A DNA stretch of 64,000 bases from Eledone cirrhosa. Lineage: Eukaryota. Below, one piece after another: positions 25,130 through 39,000 of this stretch; within the stretch, counting starts at the first letter, position 1, and each line of letters opens with the position of its first letter. The stretch is from assembly GCA_964016885.1 (NCBI GenBank), contig OZ024743.1, positions 206,212,001-206,276,000 of the forward strand, written 5' to 3'. The notes under the pieces were generated by a model that did not search any database, was not told where the DNA came from, and saw only the letters and a program-made list of their open reading frames with translations. The position numbers and the translations under genes were made by a program.

Positions 25130-28100
25130 ATTACCTCTCCTTGGACGGCTGGAAATTATCTGCCCTTGGACGGCTGGAAATTATCTCCCCTTGGACGGCT
25201 GGAAATTATTTCCCCTTGATTTTTTTTACAAATTACCTCCCCCTGATTTTTTTTTACAAATCTCCCCCTAATTTTAAAAAAAATTATCTCCCCTTCGCTG
25301 GCTGGAAATTATCTTCCTTTGGACGGTTGGAAATTATAGCCGCTTGTAGGGCTGGAAATTATCTCCCCTTGGACGGCTGGGAATTATCTCCCCTTGATTT
25401 TTTTACTAATTATCTCACCCTGATTTTTTTTTACAAATTATCTCCGCCTCATTTTTTAAAAAAAATTATCTCCCCTTGGCTGGATGGAAATTATCTCCCC
25501 TTGGACGGCTGGAAATTATCTCCCATTGATTTCTTCTACAAATTATCTACCCCTGATTTTTTTTTTACAAATTATCTCTCCCTGATTTTTTTTTACAAAT
25601 ATCTCCCCTTGGCTGGCTGGAAATTATCTCCCGTTGGCTGGCTGGAAATTATCTCCCCTTGGACGGCTGGAAATTATCTCCCATTGATTTTTTTTACAAA
25701 TTATCTCCCCTTGGCTGGCTGGAAATTATCTCCCCTTGGCTGGCTGGAAATTATCTCCCCCTGATATTTTTTTACAAATTAGCTCCCCCTGATTTTTTTT
25801 TACAAATTATCTCCCCCTGATTTTTTTTTTTACAAATTATCTCCGCCTGATTTTTTTAAAATTATCTCCCCTTGGCTGGATGGAAATTATCTCCCCTTGG
25901 ACGGCTGGAAATTATCTCCCCTTGGAAGGATGGAAATTATCTCCCCTTGGACGGCTAGAAATTATCTCCCCTTGCACGGCTGGAAATTATCTCCCCTTGG
26001 ACGGCTAGAAATTACCTCTCCTTGGACGGCTGAAAATTATCTCCCCTTGGACGGCTGGAAATTATCTCCCCCTGATTTTTTTTACAAATTATCTCCCCTT
26101 GCACGGCTGGAAATTATCTCCCCTTGGACGGCTGGAAATTATCTGCCCTTGATTTTGTTTTTACAAATTATCTCCCCCTGATTTTTTTTACAAATTATCT
26201 CCACCTGATATTTAAAAAAATTATCTCCCCTTGGACGGCTGGAAATTATCTCCCCTTGGCTGGAAATTATCTCCCCTTGGACGATTAGAAATTATCTCTC
26301 TTTGGACGGCTGGAAATTATCTCCCCTTGATTTTTTTTACAAATTATCTCCCCCTGATTTTTTTTACAAATCTCCCAGTGATTTTTTAAAAAAAATTATC
26401 TCCCCTTCGCTGGCTGGAAATTACCTCCCCTTGGACGCTGGAAATTATAGCCCCTTGGAGGGCTGGAAATTATCTTCCCTTGGACGGCTGGAAATTATCT
26501 CCCCTTGATTTTTTTTACATATTATCACCCCTGATTTTTTTTTACAAATTATCTCCCCCTGATTTTTTTTACAAATTATCTCCCCCTGATTTTTTTACAA
26601 ATTATCTCCCCTTGGCTGGGTGGAAATTATCTCCCCTTGGAGGCTGGAATTTATCTCCCCTTGGACGGCTGGAAATTATCTCCCCTTGGACGGCTAGAAA
26701 TTATCTCCCCTTGAACGGCTGGAAATTATCTCCCCTTGGACGGCTGGAAATTATCTCCCCTTGGAAGGATGGAAATTATCTCCCCTTGGACGGCTGGAAA
26801 TTATCTCCCCTTGCACGGCTGGAAATTATCTTCCCTTGGACGGCTAGAAATTACCTCTCCTTGGACGGCTGAAAATTATCTCCCCTTGGACGGCTGGAAA
26901 TTATCTCCCCCTGATTTTTTTTACAAATTATCTCCCCTTGCACGGCTGGAAATTATCTCGCCTTGGACGGCTGGAAATTATCTCCCCTTGATTTTGTATA
27001 CAAATTATCTCCCCCTGATTTTTTTTTACAAATTATCTGCCCCTGATTATTTTTTTACAAATTAGCTCCGCCTGATTTTTTTTTAAAATTATCTCCCCTT
27101 GGACGGCTGGAAATTATCTCCCCTTGGACGGCTGGAAATTATCTCCCCTTGAACGGCTAGAAATTACCTCTCCTTGGACGGCTGAAAATTATCTCCCCTT
27201 GGACGGCTGGAAATTATCTCCCCTTGATTTTTTTACAAATTATCTCCCCCTGATTTTTTTTTTACAAATTATCTCCCCTTGGACGGCTGGAAATTATCTC
27301 CCCTTGGACGGCTGGAAATTATCTCCCCTTGATTTTTTTTTCCAAATTATCTCCCCCTGATTTTTTTTTTACAAATTATCTACCCCTGATTTTTTTTTCA
27401 AATTATCTCCCCCTGATTTTTTTTACAAATTATCTCCCCCTGATTTTTTTTTACAAATTATCTCCCCCCGATTTTTTTACAAATTATCTCCCCCTGATTT
27501 TTTTTACAAATTATCTCCGCCTGATTTTTTTAAATATTATCTTCCCTTGGCTGGCGGGAAATTATCTCCCCTTGGACGGCTGGAAATTATCTCCCCTTGG
27601 AAGGATGGAAATTATCTCCCCTTGGACGGCTGGAAATTATCTCCCCTTGCACTGCTGGAAATTATCTCCCCTTGGACGGCTGGAAATTATCTGCCCTTGA
27701 TTTTGTTTTTACAAATTATCTTCCCCTGATTTTTTTACAAATTATCTCCACCTGATTTTTTAAAAAATTATCTCCCCTTGGACGGCTGGAAATTATCTCC
27801 CCTTGGCTGGAAATTATCTCCCCTTGGACGGCTAGAAATTATCTCTCTTTGGACGGCTGGAAATTATCTCCCCTTGGACGCTGGAAATTATAGCCCCTTG
27901 GAGGGCTGGAAGTTATCTTCCCTTGGAGGGCTGGAAATTATCTTCCCTTGGACGGCTAGAAATTACCTCTCCTTGGACGGCTGAAAATTATCTCCCCTTG
28001 GACGGCTGGAAATTATCTCCCCTTGATTTTTTTTACAAATTATCTCCCCCTGATTATTTTTTACAAATTATCTCCCCCTGATTTTTTTTTTACAAATTAT

Positions 28101-31100
28101 CTCCCCTTGGACGGCTGGAAATTATCTCCCCTTGGACGGCTGGAAATTATCTCCCCTTGGACGGCTAGAAATTACCTCTCCTTGGACGGCTGAAAATTAT
28201 CTCTCCTTGGACGGCTGGAAATTATCTCCCCTTTATGTCTTCTACAAATTATCTACCCCTGATTTTTTTTTACAAATTATCTCTGCCTGATTTTTTTTAC
28301 AAATATCTCCCCTTGATTGGCTGGAAATTATCTCCCCTTGGCTGGCTGGAAATTATCTCCCCTTGGACGGCTGGAAATTATCTCCCCTTGGACGCCTAGA
28401 AATTACCTCTCCTTGGACAGCTGTAAATTATCTCCCCTTGGACGGCTGGAAATTATCTCGCCTTGGACGGCTGGAAATTATCTCCCCTTGATTTTGTATA
28501 CAAATTATCTCCCCCTGATTTTTTTTTACAAATTATCTGCCCCTGATTATTTTTTTACAAATTAGCTCCGCCTGATTTTTTTTAAAAATTATCTCCCCTT
28601 GGACGGCTGGAAATTATCTCCCCTTGGACGGCTGGAAATTATCTCCCCTTGAACGGCTAGAAATTACCTCTCCTTGGACGGCTGAAAATTATCTCTCCTT
28701 GGACGGCTGGAAATTATCTCCCCTTGATTTTTTTACAAATTATCTCCCCCTGATTTTTTTTTACAAATTATCTACCCCTGATTTTTTTTTCCAAATTATC
28801 TCCCCCTGATTTTTTTTTTACAAATTATCTCCCCCTGATTTTTTTTTACAAATTATCTCCCCCTGATTTTTTTACAAATTATCTCCCCTTGGCTGGCTGG
28901 AAATTATCTCCCCTTGGAGGCTGGAATTTATCTCCCCTTGGACGGCTGGAAATTATCTCCCCTTGGACGGCTAGAAATTACCTCTCCTTGGACGGCTGGA
29001 AATTATCTCCCCTTGAACGGCTGGAAATTATCTCCCCTTGGACGGCTGGAAATTATCTCCCCTTGGACGGCTGGAAATTACCTCTCCTTGGACGGCTGGA
29101 AATTATCTCCCCTTGGACGGCTGGAAATTATCTCCCCTTGGACGGCTGGAAATTATTTCCCCTTGATTTTTTTTACAAATATCCCCCTAATTTAAAAAAA
29201 AATTATCTCCCCTTCGCTGGCTGGAAATTATCTCCCTTTGGACGGCTGGAAATTATAGCTGCTTGTAGGGCTGGAAATTATCTCCCCTTGGACGGCTGGA
29301 AATTATCTCCCCTTCATTTTTTTACTAATTATCTCCCCCTGATTTTTTTTTACAAATTATCTCCGCCTGATTTTTTTAAAAAAATTATCTCCCGTTGTCT
29401 GGATGGAAATTTTCTCCCCTTGGACGGCTGGAAATTATCTCCCCTTTATGTCTTCTACAAATTATCTACCCCTGATTTTTTTTTTACAAATTATCTCTCC
29501 CTGATTTTTTTTACAAATATCTCCCCTTGGCTGGCTGGAAATTATCTCCCCTTGGACGGCAGGAAATTATCTCCCCTTGGACGCCTAGAAATTACCTCTC
29601 CTTGGACAGCTGTAAATTATCTCCCCTTGGACGGCTGGAAATTATCTCGCCTTGGACGGCTGGAAATTATCTCCCCTTGATTTTGTATACAAATTATCTC
29701 CCCCTGATTTTTTTTACAAATTATCTGCCCCTGATTATTTATTTTACAAATTAGCTCCGCCTGATTTTTTTTAAAAATTATCTCCCCTTGGACGGCTGGA
29801 AATTATCTCCCCTTGGACGGCTGGAAATTATCTCCCCTTGGACGGCTGGAAATTATCTCCCCTTGATTTTTTTACAAATTATCTCCCCCTGATTTTTTTT
29901 TTACAAATTATCTCCCCCTGATTTTTTTTACAAATTATCTCCCCCTGTTTTTTTTTACAAATTATTTCACCCTGATTTTTTTACAAATTATCTCCCCCTG
30001 ATTTTTTTTACAAATTAACTCCGCCTGATTTTTTTAAATATGATCTTCCCTTGGCTGGCGGAAAATCATCTCCCCTTGGACGCCTGGAAATTATCTCCCC
30101 TTGGAAGGATGGAAATTATCTCCCCTTGGACGGCTGGAAATTATCTCCCCTTGCACTGCTGGAAATTATCTCCCCTTGGACGGCTGGAAATTATCTGCCC
30201 TTGATTTTGATTTTACAAATTATCTTCCCCTGATTTTTTTTACAAATTATTTCCACCTGATTTTTTAAAAAATTATCTCCCCTTGGACGGCTGGAAATTA
30301 TCTCCCCTTGGCTGGAAATTATCTCCCCTTGGACGATTAGAAATTATCTCTCTTTGGACGGCTGGAAATTATCTCCCCTTGATTTTTTTTACAAATTATC
30401 TCCCCCTGATTTTTTTTACAAATCTCCCAGTGATTTTTTTAAAAAGATTATCTCCCCTTCGCTGGCTGGAAATTATCTCCCCTTGGACGCTGGAAATTAT
30501 AGCCCCTTGGAGGGCTGGAAGTTATCTTCCCTTGGAGGGCTGGAAATTATCTTCCCTTGGACGGCTGGAAATTATCTCCCCTTGATTTTTTTTACAAATT
30601 ATCTCCTCCTGATTTTTTTTTACAAATTATCTCCCTCTGATTTTTTTTTTAACAATTATCTCCACCTGATTTTTTTAAAAATTATTTCCCCTTGGACGGC
30701 TGGAAATTATCTCCCCTTGGACGGCTGGAAATTATCTCCCCTTGGACGGCTAGAAATTACCTCTCCTTGGACGGCTGAAAATTATCTCCCCTTGGACGGC
30801 TGGAAATTATCTCCCCTTGATTTTTTTTACAAATTATCTCCCCCTGATTTTTTTTTACAAATTATCTCCCCCTGATTTTTTTTTACAAATTATCTCCCCC
30901 TGATTTTTTTTTACAAATTATCTCCTGATTTTTTTTACAAATTATCTCCCCTTGGCTGGCTGGAAATTATCTCCCCTTGGAGGCTGGAAATTATCTCCCC
31001 TTGGACGGCTAGAAATTACCTCTCCTTGGACGGCTGGAAATTATCTGCCCTTGGACGGCTGGAAATTATCTCCCCTTGGACGGCTGGAAATTATTTCCCC

Positions 31101-34100
31101 TTGATTTTTTTACAAATTATCTCCCCCTGATTTTTTTTTACAAATCTCCCCCTAATTTTAAAAAAAATTATCTCCCCTTCGCTGGCTGGAAATTATCTTC
31201 CTTTGGACGGTTGGAAATTATAGCCGCTTGTAGGGCTGGAAATTATCTCCCCTTGGACGGCTGGGAATTATCTCCCCTTGATTTTTTTACTAATTATCTC
31301 ACCCTGATTTTTTTTTACAAATTATCTCCGCCTCATTTTTTAAAAAAAATTATCTCCCCTTGGCTGGATGGAAATTATCTCCCCTTGGACGGCTGGAAAT
31401 TATCTCCCATTGATTTCTTCTACAAATTATCTACCCCTGATTTTTTTTTTACAAATTATCTCTCCCTGATTTTTTTTTACAAATATCTCCCCTTGGCTGG
31501 CTGGAAATTATCTCCCGTTGGCTGGCTGGAAATTATCTCCCCTTGGACGGCTGGAAATTATCTCCCATTGATTTTTTTTACAAATTATCTCCCCTTGGCT
31601 GGCTGGAAATTATCTCCCCTTGGCTGGCTGGAAATTATCTCCCCCTGATATTTTTTTACAAATTAGCTCCCCCTGATTTTTTTTTACAAATTATCTCCCC
31701 CTGATTTTTTTTTTTACAAATTATCTCCGCCTGATTTTTTTAAAATTATCTCCCCTTGGCTGGATGGAAATTATCTCCCCTTGGACGGCTGGAAATTATC
31801 TCCCCTTGGAAGGATGGAAATTATCTCCCCTTGGACGGCTGGAAATTATCTCCCCTTGCACGGCTGGAAATTATCTCCCCTTGGACGGCTAGAAATTACC
31901 TCTCCTTGGACGGCTGAAAATTATCTCCCCTTGGACGGCTGGAAATTATCTCCCCCTGATTTTTTTTACAAATTATCTCCCCTTGCACGGCTGGAAATTA
32001 TCTCCCCTTGGACGGCTGGAAATTATCTGCCCTTGATTTTGTTTTTACAAATTATCTCCCCCTGATTTTTTTTACAAATTATCTCCACCTGATATTTAAA
32101 AAAATTATCTCCCCTTGGACGGCTGGAAATTATCTCCCCTTGGCTGGAAATTATCTCCCCTTGGACGATTAGAAATTATCTCTCTTTGGACGGCTGGAAA
32201 TTATCTCCCCTTGATTTTTTTTACAAATTATCTCCCCCTGATTTTTTTTACAAATCTCCCAGTGATTTTTTAAAAAAAATTATCTCCCCTTCGCTGGCTG
32301 GAAATTACCTCCCCTTGGACGCTGGAAATTATAGCCCCTTGGAGGGCTGGAAATTATCTTCCCTTGGACGGCTGGAAATTATCTCCCCTTGATTTTTTTT
32401 ACATATTATCACCCCTGATTTTTTTTTACAAATTATCTCCCCCTGATTTTTTTTACAAATTATCTCCCCCTGATTTTTTTACAAATTATCTCCCCTTGGC
32501 TGGGTGGAAATTATCTCCCCTTGGAGGCTGGAATTTATCTCCCCTTGGACGGCTGGAAATTATCTCCCCTTGGACGGCTAGAAATTATCTCCCCTTGAAC
32601 GGCTGGAAATTATCTCCCCTTGGACGGCTGGAAATTATCTCCCCTTGGAAGGATGGAAATTATCTCCCCTTGGACGGCTGGAAATTATCTCCCCTTGCAC
32701 GGCTGGAAATTATCTTCCCTTGGACGGCTAGAAATTACCTCTCCTTGGACGGCTGAAAATTATCTCCCCTTGGACGGCTGGAAATTATCTCCCCCTGATT
32801 TTTTTTACAAATTATCTGCCCTTGCACGGCTGGAAATTATCTCACCTTGGACGGATGGAAATTATCTGCCCTTGATTTTGTTTTTACAAATGATCTCCCC
32901 CTGATTTTTTTTACAAATTATCTGCCCCTGATTTTTTTTTTACAAATTATCTCCGCCTGATTTTTTTTTAAAATTATCTCCCCTTGGACGGCTGGAAATT
33001 ATCTCCCCTTGGACGGCTGGAAATTATCTCCCCTTGATTTTTTTACAAATTATCTCCGCCTGATTTTTTTTTTACAAATTATCTCCGCCTGATTTTTTTT
33101 TAAAATTATCTCCCCTTGGACGGCTGGAAATTATCTCCCCTTGGACGGCTGGAAATTATCTCCCCTTGATTTTTTTTTCCAAATTATCTCCCCCTGATTT
33201 TTTTTTACAAATTATCTACCCCTGATTTTTTTTATACAAATTATCTCCCCCTGATTTTTTTTACAAATTATCTCCCCCTGATTTTTTTTTTACAAATTAT
33301 CTCCCCCCGATTTTTTTACAAATTATCTCCCCCTGATTTTTTTTACAAATTATCTCCGCCTGATTTTTTAAAGTATTATCTTCCCTTGGCTGGCGGGAAA
33401 TTATCTCCCCTTGGACGGCTGGAAATTATCTCCCCTTGGAAGGATGGAAACTATCTCCCCTTGGACGGCTGGAAATTATCTCCCCTTGCACTGCTGGAAA
33501 TTATCTCCCCTTGGACGGCTGGAAATTATCTGCCCTTGATTTTGTTTTTACAAATTATCTTCCCCTGATTTTTTTTACAAATTATCTCCACCTGATTTTT
33601 TAAAAAATTATCTCCCCTTGGACGGCTGGAAATTATCTCCCCTTGGCTGGAAATTATCTCCCTTTGGCTGGCTGGAAATTATCTCCCCCTGATATTTTTT
33701 TACAAATTAGCTCCCCCTGATTTTTTTTTACAAATTATCTCCCCCTGATTTTTTTCACAAATTATCTCCCCCTGATTTTTTTTACAAATTATCTCCTCTG
33801 ATTTAAAAAAAAAAATTATCTCCCCTTGGACGGCTGGAAATTATCTCCCCTTGGACGGCTGGAAATTATCGCCCCCTGATTTGTTTTAACAAATTATCTC
33901 CACCTGATTTTTTTACAAATCATCTCCGCCTGATTTTTTTAAAAAATTATCTCCCTTGGCTTGCTGGAAATTATCTCCCCTTGGACGGCTATGAATTATC
34001 TCTCCTTCGACGGCTGGAAATTATCTCCACTTGATTTTTTTACAAATTATCTCCCCGTGATTTTTTTTTACCAATCTACCCCTGATTTAAAAAAAAAAAT

Positions 34101-36070
34101 TATCTCCCCTTCGCTGGCTGGAAATTATCTCCCCTTGGACGGCTGGAAATTATCTCCCCTTGATTTTTTTTACAAATTATCTCCCCCTGATTTTTTTTTA
34201 CAAATTATCTCCCCCTGATTTTTTTTTTTACAAATTATCTCCGCCTGATTTTTTAAAAATTATCTCTCCTTGGCTGGATGGAAATCATCTCCCCCTGATT
34301 TTTTTTACAAATTATCTCCCCTTGCACGGCTGGAAATTATCTCCCCTTGGACGGCTGGAAATTATCTCCCGTTGGCTGCAAATTATCTCCCCTTGGACGG
34401 CTAGAAATTACCTCTCTTTGGACGGCTGGAAATTATCTCCCCTTGATTTTTTTTACAAATTATCTCCCCCTGATTTTATTTTACATATTATCTACCCCTG
34501 ATTTTTTTTACAAATTATCTCCCCCTGATTTTTTTTTTACAAATTATCTGCCCCTGATTTTTTTACAAATTATCTCCCACTGATTTATTTTACAAATTAT
34601 CTCCGCCTGATTTTTTTAAATATTATCTTCCCTTGGCTGGCGGGAAATTATCTCCCCTTGGACGGCTGGAAACTATCTCCCCTTGGACAGCTGGAAATTA
34701 TCTGCCCTTGATTTTGTTTTTACAAATTATCTCCCCCTGATTTTTTTTACAAATTATCTCCACCTGATTTTTTAAAAAATTATCTCCCCTTGGACGGCTG
34801 GAAATTATCTCCCCTTGGCTGGAAATTATCTCCCCTTGGACGGCTAGAAATTATCTCTCTTTGGACGGCTGGAAATTATCTCCCTTTGATTTTTTTTACA
34901 AATTATCTCCCTCTGATTTTTTTTACAAATCTCCCCTTGATTTTTTTAAAAAATTATCTCCCCTTTGCTGGCTGGAAATTATCTCCCCTTGGACACTGGA
35001 AATTATAGACCCTTGGAGGGCTGGAAATTATCTTCCCTTGGACGGCTGGAAATTATCTCCTCTTGATTTTTTTTACAAATTATCTCCCCCTGATTTTTTT
35101 TTACAAATTATCTCCGCCTGATTTTTTTTTTAAAATTATCTCCCCTTGGCTGGATGGAAATTTTCTCCCCTTGGACGGCTGGAAATTATCTCCCCTTTAT
35201 GTCTTCTACAAATTATCTGGCCCTGATTTTTTTTTACAAATTATCTCTCCCTGATTTTTTTTACAAATATCTCCCCTTGGCTGGCTGGAAATTATCTCCC
35301 CTTCGCTGGCTGGAAATTATCTCCCATTGGACGGCTGGAAATTATCTCCCCTTGGACGCCTAGAAATTACCTCTCCTTGGACAGCTGTAAATTATCTCCC
35401 CTTGGACGGCTGGAAATTATCTCGCCTTGGACGGCTGGAAATTATCTCCCCTTGATTTTGTATACAAATTATCTCCCCCTGATTTTTTTTTACAAATTAT
35501 CTGCCCCTGATTATTTTTTTACAAATTAGCTCCGCCTGATTTTTTTTAAAAATTATCTCCCCTTGGACGGCTGGAAATTATCTCCCCTTGGACGGCTGGA
35601 AATTATCTCCCCTTGAACGGCTAGAAATTACCTCTCCTTGGACGGCTTAAAATTATCTCCCCTTGGACGGCTGGAAATTATCTCCCCTTGATTTTTTTAC
35701 AAATTATCTCCCCCTGATTTTTTTTTACAAATTATCTCCCCCTGATTTTTTTTTTACAAATTATCTACCCCTGATTTTTTTTTCCAAATTATCTCCCCCT
35801 GATTTTTTTTTACAAATTATCTCCCCCTGATTTTTTTTTACAAATTATCTCCCCCTGATTTTTTTACAAATTATCTCCCCTTGGCTGGCTGGAAATTATC
35901 TCCCCTTGGAGACTGGAATTTATCTCCCCTTGGACGGCTGGAAATTATCTCCCCTTGGACGGCTAGAAATTACCTCTCCTTGGACGGCTGGAAATTATCT
36001 CCCCTTGAACGGCTGGAAATTATCTCCCCTTGGACGGCTGGAAATTATCTCCCCTTGGACGGCTGGAAAT
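25130..36070 (+). repeat. Segmental copy (~10.9 kb) of about 6,130-17,070 (offset ~19.0 kb)
   Basis: Offsets are 19,001 (6896/25897), 18,974 (8573/27547, 9915/28889) and 19,000 (11051/30051 through 16906/35906). The copies diverge at about 17,073/36,073. Confidence 0.92.
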
Positions 36071-39000
36071 TACCTCTCCTTGGACGGCTGGAAATTATCT
36101 CCCGTTGGCTGCAAATTATCTCCCCTTGGACGGCTAGAAATTACCTCTCTTTGGACGGCTGGAAATTATCTCCCCTTGATTTTTTTTACAAATTATCTCC
36201 CCCTGATTTTTTTTACAAATCTCCCAGTGATTTTTAAAAAAAAATTATCTCCCCTTCGCTGGCTGGAAATTATCTCCCCTTGGACGCTGGAAATTATAGC
36301 CCCTTGGAGGGCTGGAAATTATCTTCCCTTGGACGGCTGGAAATTATCTCCCCTTGATTTTTTTTACATATTATCTCCCCCTGATTTTTTTTCACAAATT
36401 ATCTCCGATTTTTTTCTACAAATTATCTGCCCCTGATTATTTTTTTACAAATTAGCTCCGCCTGATTTTTTTTAAAAATTATCTCCCCTTGGACGGCTGG
36501 AAATTATCTCCCCTTGGACGGCTGGAAATTATCTCCCCTTGAACGGCTAGAAATTACCTCTCCTTGGACGGCTGAAAATTATCTCTCCTTGGACGGCTGG
36601 AAATTATCTCCCCTTGATTTTTTTACAAATTATCTCCCCCTGATTTTTTTTTACAAATTATCTACCCCTGATTTTTTTTTCCAAATTATCTCCCCCTGAT
36701 TTTTTTTTTACAAATTATCTCCCCCTGATTTTTTTTTACAAATTATCTCCCCCTGATTTTTTTACAAATTATCTCCCCTTGGCTGGCTGGAAATTATCTC
36801 CCCTTGGAGGCTGGAATTTATCTCCCCTTGGACGGCTGGAAATTATCTCCCCTTGGACGGCTAGAAATTACCTCTCCTTGGACGGCTGGAAATTATCTCC
36901 CCTTGAACGGCTGGAAATTATCTCCCCTTGGACGGCTGGAAATTATCTCCCCTTGGACGGCTGGAAATTACCTCTCCTTGGACGGCTGGAAATTATCTCC
37001 CCTTGGACGGATGGAAATTATCTCCCCTTGGACGGCTGGAAATTATTTCCCCTTGATTTTTTTTACAAATTATCTCCCCCTGATTTTTTTTACAAATATC
37101 CCCCTAATTTAAAAAAAAATTATCTCCCCTTCGCTGGCTGGAAATTATCTCCCTTTGGACGGCTGGAAATTATAGCTGCTTGTAGGGCTGGAAATTATCT
37201 CCCCTTGGACGGCTGGAAATTATCTCCCCTTCATTTTTTTACTAATTATCTCCCCCTGATTTTTTTTTACAAATTATCTCCGCCTGATTTTTAAAAAAAA
37301 ATTATCTCCCCTTGGCTGGATGGTAATTTTCTCCCCTTGGACGGCTGGAAATTATGTCCCCTTTATGTCTTCTACAAATTATCTACCCCTGATTTTTTTT
37401 ACAAATATCTACCCTTGGCTGGCTGGAAATTATCTCCCCTTGGACGGCTGGAAATTATCTCCCCTTGGACGCCTAGAAATTACCTCTCCTTGGACAGCTG
37501 TAAATTATCTCCCCTTGGACGGCTGGAAATTATCTCGCCTTGGACGGCTGGAAATTATCTCCCCTTGATTTTGTATACAAATTATCTCCCCCTGATTTTT
37601 TTTTACAAATTATCTGCCCCTGATTATTTATTTTACAAATTAGCTCCGCCTGATTTTTTTTTAAAATTATCTCCCCTTGGACGGCTGGAAATTATCTCCC
37701 CTTGGACGGCTGGAAATTATCTCCCCTTGATTTTTTTACAAATTATCTCCCCCAGATTTTTTTTTTACAAATTATCTCCCCCTGATTTTTTTTACAAATT
37801 ATCTCCCCCTGTTTTTTTTTACAAATTATTTCACCCTGATTTTTTTACAAATTATCTCCCCCTGATTTTTTTTACAAATTATCTCCGCCTGATTTTTTTA
37901 AATATGATCTTCCCTTGGCTGGCGGAAAATCATCTCCCCTTGGACGCCTGGAAATTATCTCCCCTTGGAAGGATGGAAATTATCTCCCCTTGGACGGCTG
38001 GAAATTATCTCCCCTTGCACTGCTGGAAATTATCTCCCCTTGGACGGCTGGAAATTATATGCCCTTGATTTTGATTTTACAAATTATCTTCCCCTGATTT
38101 TTTTTACAAATTATTTCCACCTGATTTTTTAAAAAATTATCTCCCCTTGGAAGGCTGGAAATTATCTCCCCTTGGCTGGAAATTATCTCCCCTTGGACGA
38201 TTAGAAATTATCTCTCTTTGGACGGCTGGAAATTATCTCCCCTTGATTTTTTTTACAAATTATCTCCCCCTGATTTTTTTTACAAATCTCCCAGTGATTT
38301 TTTTAAAAAAATTATCTCCCCTTCGCTGGCTGGAAATTATCTCCCCTTGGACGCTGGAAATTATAGCCCCTTGGAGGGCTGGAAGTTATCTTCCCTTGGA
38401 GGGCTGGAAATTATCTTCCCTTGGACGGCTGGAAATTATCTCCCCTTGATTTTTTTTACAAATTATCTCCCCCTGATTTTTTTTTACAAATTATCTCCCC
38501 CTGATTTTTTTTTTACCAATTATCTCCTACTGATTTTTTTAAAAATTATTTCCCCTTGGACGGCTGGAAATTATCTCCCCTTGGACGGCTGGAAATTATC
38601 TCCCCTTGGACTGCTAGAAATTACCTCTCCTTGGACGGCTGAAAATTATCTCCCCTTGGACGGCTGGAAATTATCTCCCCTTGATTTTTTTTACAAATTA
38701 TCTCCCCCTGATTTTTTTTTACAAATTATCTCCCCCTGATTTTTTTTTACAAATTATCTCCCCCTGATTTTTTTTTACAAATTATCTCCTGATTTTTTTT
38801 ACAAATTATCTCCCCTTGGCTGGCTGGAAATTATCTCCCCTTGGAGGCTGGAAATTATCTCCCCTTGGACGGCTAGAAATTACCTCTCCTTGGACGGCTG
38901 GAAATTATCTGCCCTTGGACGGCTGGAAATTATCTCTCCTTGGACGGCTGGAAATTATCTGCCCTTGGACGGCTGGAAATTATCTCCCCTTGGACGGCTG

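Noticed and set aside
11051-35906. The round 19,000-bp offset as a sign of artificial construction
   Set aside because: The offset varies along the block (19,001, 18,974, 18,975, 19,000), and the copies differ by substitutions and compensating T-tract indels, so the round number looks coincidental.
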